A DNA stretch of 63,426 nucleotides, the filler included, from Octopus bimaculoides (lineage: Eukaryota): the NCBI RefSeq assembly GCF_001194135.2. It is 5 parts of 5 records of this genome, joined end to end, with 100 filler letters (N's around TTAATTAATTAA, not from the genome) between each part and the next. Parts side by side here need not be neighbours in the genome. Positions count along the whole stretch, not along the records: positions 54,167 to 62,223 come from NC_068984.1; positions 62,324 to 63,426 come from NC_068990.1; 3 more parts are not named here. One strand, written 5' to 3'. The stretch's first letter is position 1. Every line of letters starts with the position of its first letter. The notes under the pieces are model-generated. The model was not told the origin of the DNA, searched no databases, and saw only the letters and a list, made by a program, of their open reading frames with translations. Below are positions 60,700 through 63,426 of the stretch, piece by piece. Made by a program: the position numbers and the translations under genes.

Positions 60700-62135
60700 A
60701 TTTAACACCAGAAATGAACGGATCGGTACCCAACAAAAATGATGACCATCAAAATAAAGGGACAGACGTTATTCCTCATGTCACACAAATGAAATGGACA
60801 CGTGAGGAATATATTTCAATCTTACACACTTATTTTATAGCAGTGCTCTACCCACTGAACGAAAACACAACATATACAAATAAAATCTGGAAGAACAATA
60901 ACCTAGATAAGAATTTGGATACAGCAATGAATCCTAATAAACTAGCTAACATACGGAAATATATTCTCAAAACAAAAAACTTATCAGAAATAGAAATAGA
61001 ACACTTAAAAGGAAAAATACATCAGGAAAACGTAGATAGTAGCCACACAGCAATGTCAAATATTATTATAAGCATTGGAACTGTAAAATACGAAGACAGA
61101 CGTAACATGTCCAACAAAAACGAAGTAAGCAACGAAAGACAACAAACCCAGACCGTAGGAAAGTATAAATGATGTGCAAAATGTACCAAACCAGAACACC
61201 ACAGACAAAAATATGAACGGGGGTGGGAAACGAAACAAATCTAAAGCCTGGAAACTGTGAACGTGAAACTAATGATTATGATACTATAAAAATGAGTTTA
61301 ATCAAAGAATTGAAAGCCACAGATTTCAGTATGGACCACCGATTGCACTTCCCAAAAATTAAAATTGATAATAAAACATCAATAATAAATAGCATGAACC
61401 TGACCGTCACAGAACTAATAGCTACAGAAATAAATATCAATATGACCAGATTAAATGTTATAATATATGCAGCAGCCTCTGTGGTCGCAAAAGAAGCTGG
61501 ATACCCCATCAAACCCATCCAAACAGGAGCATTACCACCCGAACAAACCCTGTAGATAAATAATATCCAGAAAAATAGAAAATAAACGAAAGAATCTGTC
61601 AATCCTTAATGAAACTAGTAGACAATTGACACTACAAAGCAAAAAAAAAAAGAGAAGAAAAATACTACGTAAATACAAAATTACAGAACAAGGTATACCT
61701 GTGTTAAAAAAACAGCTAAAGCAAGATATACTCGCCAATGCACAAAGGATCCGCCGGTATGAGAAACCCCAACGTTTCTTTGAACAAAACAAACAGTTCA
61801 ACTCCTACCCCTAAAAGATTCTACTAAGAACTTGATTCAGTGTGACCATGAGATTGAAAATAGGAAGCCGGACATAGTCTTAATTGAGAAAGAAAACAAA
61901 CTATGCTGGATCATAGACATAGCATGCCCAGCTGACAACAAGGTATGCGATAAGAAAGAAAGAAAAGTCGAGAGATATGACAGGTTAGCTTGGGATGTTA
62001 AGCAGTTGTGGTCGATGAAAAGGTAGCAATAGTACCAATAATTGTCGGAGCCCTGGGAACAGTGAGTAAAAATCTCGAGAAGTACGTGGAACAAATAGGG
62101 GCTGCAATAAAGGTGGAGCACTTGCAGAAAACATA
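60700..62135 (+). mobile_element. R4/Dong-like LINE with N-terminal region joined directly to RLE (RT and zinc knuckle absent)
   Basis: KWTREEY…, NKLANIRKYILK…, LNVIIYAAASVV, LKQDILANAQRIRRYEK…KRFY*EL, then at about 61833 IQCDHEIENRKPDIVLIEK…IIDIACP…IVGALGTV. Confidence 0.85.
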
Positions 62136-62545
62136 TTTTACCTGTGAATTTGCGTGTGTAAACTGGGAATGCATACAATGAGCTTCTCTGCCCTAGGTGT
62201 ACGGAAAACACTCAGCGAGAAATNNNNNNNNNNNNNNNNNNNNNNNNNNNNNNNNNNNNNNNNNNNNTTAATTAATTAANNNNNNNNNNNNNNNNNNNNN
62301 NNNNNNNNNNNNNNNNNNNNNNNAAATGTGTGAGTGTGTACATGTGCGCGCGTGTGCATGCGCATTCGTATATGTGTGGCTTTGAAGTTTATATCCAACC
62401 GATATTCATGTGATACCGCATAGTAACACAAGCAAGGTTTATACTTAAGTAAAACGGATTCGAAAACAAATAAAAAAACAACAACAAAAAACAAACAAAC
62501 AAACAACTCCTACACCCCTCAAAAACCACGAGGGAAAAACACATT

Positions 62546-62550
62546 CTACT

Positions 62551-62624
<74 letters not shown>

Positions 62625-62625
62625 G
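62546..62625. repeat. (CTAT)n microsatellite, representative of many (CTAT)n, (TATG)n, (TA)n and (GA)n runs in the window
   Basis: Direct observation. Many N gaps are bordered by such runs. Confidence 0.95.
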
Positions 62626-63142
62626 TTCTGTCTGTCTACATATGTGTCTAATCATGTGTTTGTGTGAGCGCAAGTTTGTGTGTTCACTTGAATGCTTATA
62701 TCTCCTTATGTATATTAGTATATTTTACTACACAGCAGCAAACAAAACCTTGGATAAAAATCGATAAAAGTAACTAACCCTACCATTTTCATAAGTCGAA
62801 TTTCTGATTTCTTTTCCCAAAACAAAAATTACACCATCTCCAGCCCCCAAAACGGTAAAAACAACAAACCCCCCCCCACACTACCAAAAGATACCAAGAG
62901 TAAAAAAAAAAACCTTCCTGACAAAACACCACAAAATATATAGGAGAATCACTCATATTTTTTTTCTTCTAATTTAAAACTAGCAAAAACATTAAAATTC
63001 TACGTACGTTGATAGCGACAGATATTCCTATATACAATAAATCAGTTCTAGATTCAACTCTATATATTCCGCTAAGATTTCTCGAACCAACTTTTTCTCT
63101 TTTAATCATATGCACATACATACATACAAATATGTATGTATG

Positions 63143-63175
<33 letters not shown>

Positions 63176-63426
63176 TTATNNNNNNNNNNTTTCTTTCTTT
63201 CTTTCTCTCTCTCTTTCTTTCTCTCTCTCTTTCTTTCTCCCTGCCTCCCTTCCTTCCTTGTTCTTCTTTCCTCTCTTCCTTCCATCTCTAATCCTCTCCC
63301 TTCCCGATGTCTTTCCTTCTTTCAGCTGATTCAATATTGTCATTCGCGTCGCCACTGTACCATGTTAGCAGTTCATTTGGAATTAAATATTGGCCTTCAT
63401 CTCTACCACCACCGCCACCACCACCA

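Overview
This is AT-rich, gap-ridden eukaryotic repeat DNA, most likely from a coleoid cephalopod (probably Octopus). That assignment is inferred from the SINE families, the very high microsatellite load and the draft-assembly gap style. I recognise no intact host protein-coding gene, rRNA, tRNA gene or CRISPR array. Nearly all long entries in the ORF track are artefacts of N-runs or microsatellites. The interpretable sequence is decayed mobile DNA: at least five tRNA-derived or unclassified SINE-like families, RTE LINEs, R4/Dong-like and CRE-like restriction-endonuclease LINEs, Penelope-like elements (PLEs; RT plus GIY-YIG), a DD37D maT and mariner transposons, hAT MITEs and a Helentron-type HINE. 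The strongest signal is invisible to the ORF track: seven type I hammerhead-ribozyme motifs, six of them between 48.3 and 52.7 kb. Each has a CUGANGA-type and GAAA core, a paired stem I, a self-complementary or near self-complementary stem III that differs between families, and usually a non-Watson-Crick 10.1-11.1 junction. They sit at PLE 3' ends and in a 517-bp-period, retrozyme-like X-Z-HHR-Y-X unit with inverted 5' duplications. Other notable items are two LINEs that each lack the RT core, a triple-nested hAT/HINE/SINE insertion with readable TSDs, an interstitial telomere-like array beside an MPPKK ORF, and two hairpins. All alignments, folds and family names were made by eye or from memory and need computational confirmation; boundaries of decayed elements are approximate (tens of bp).
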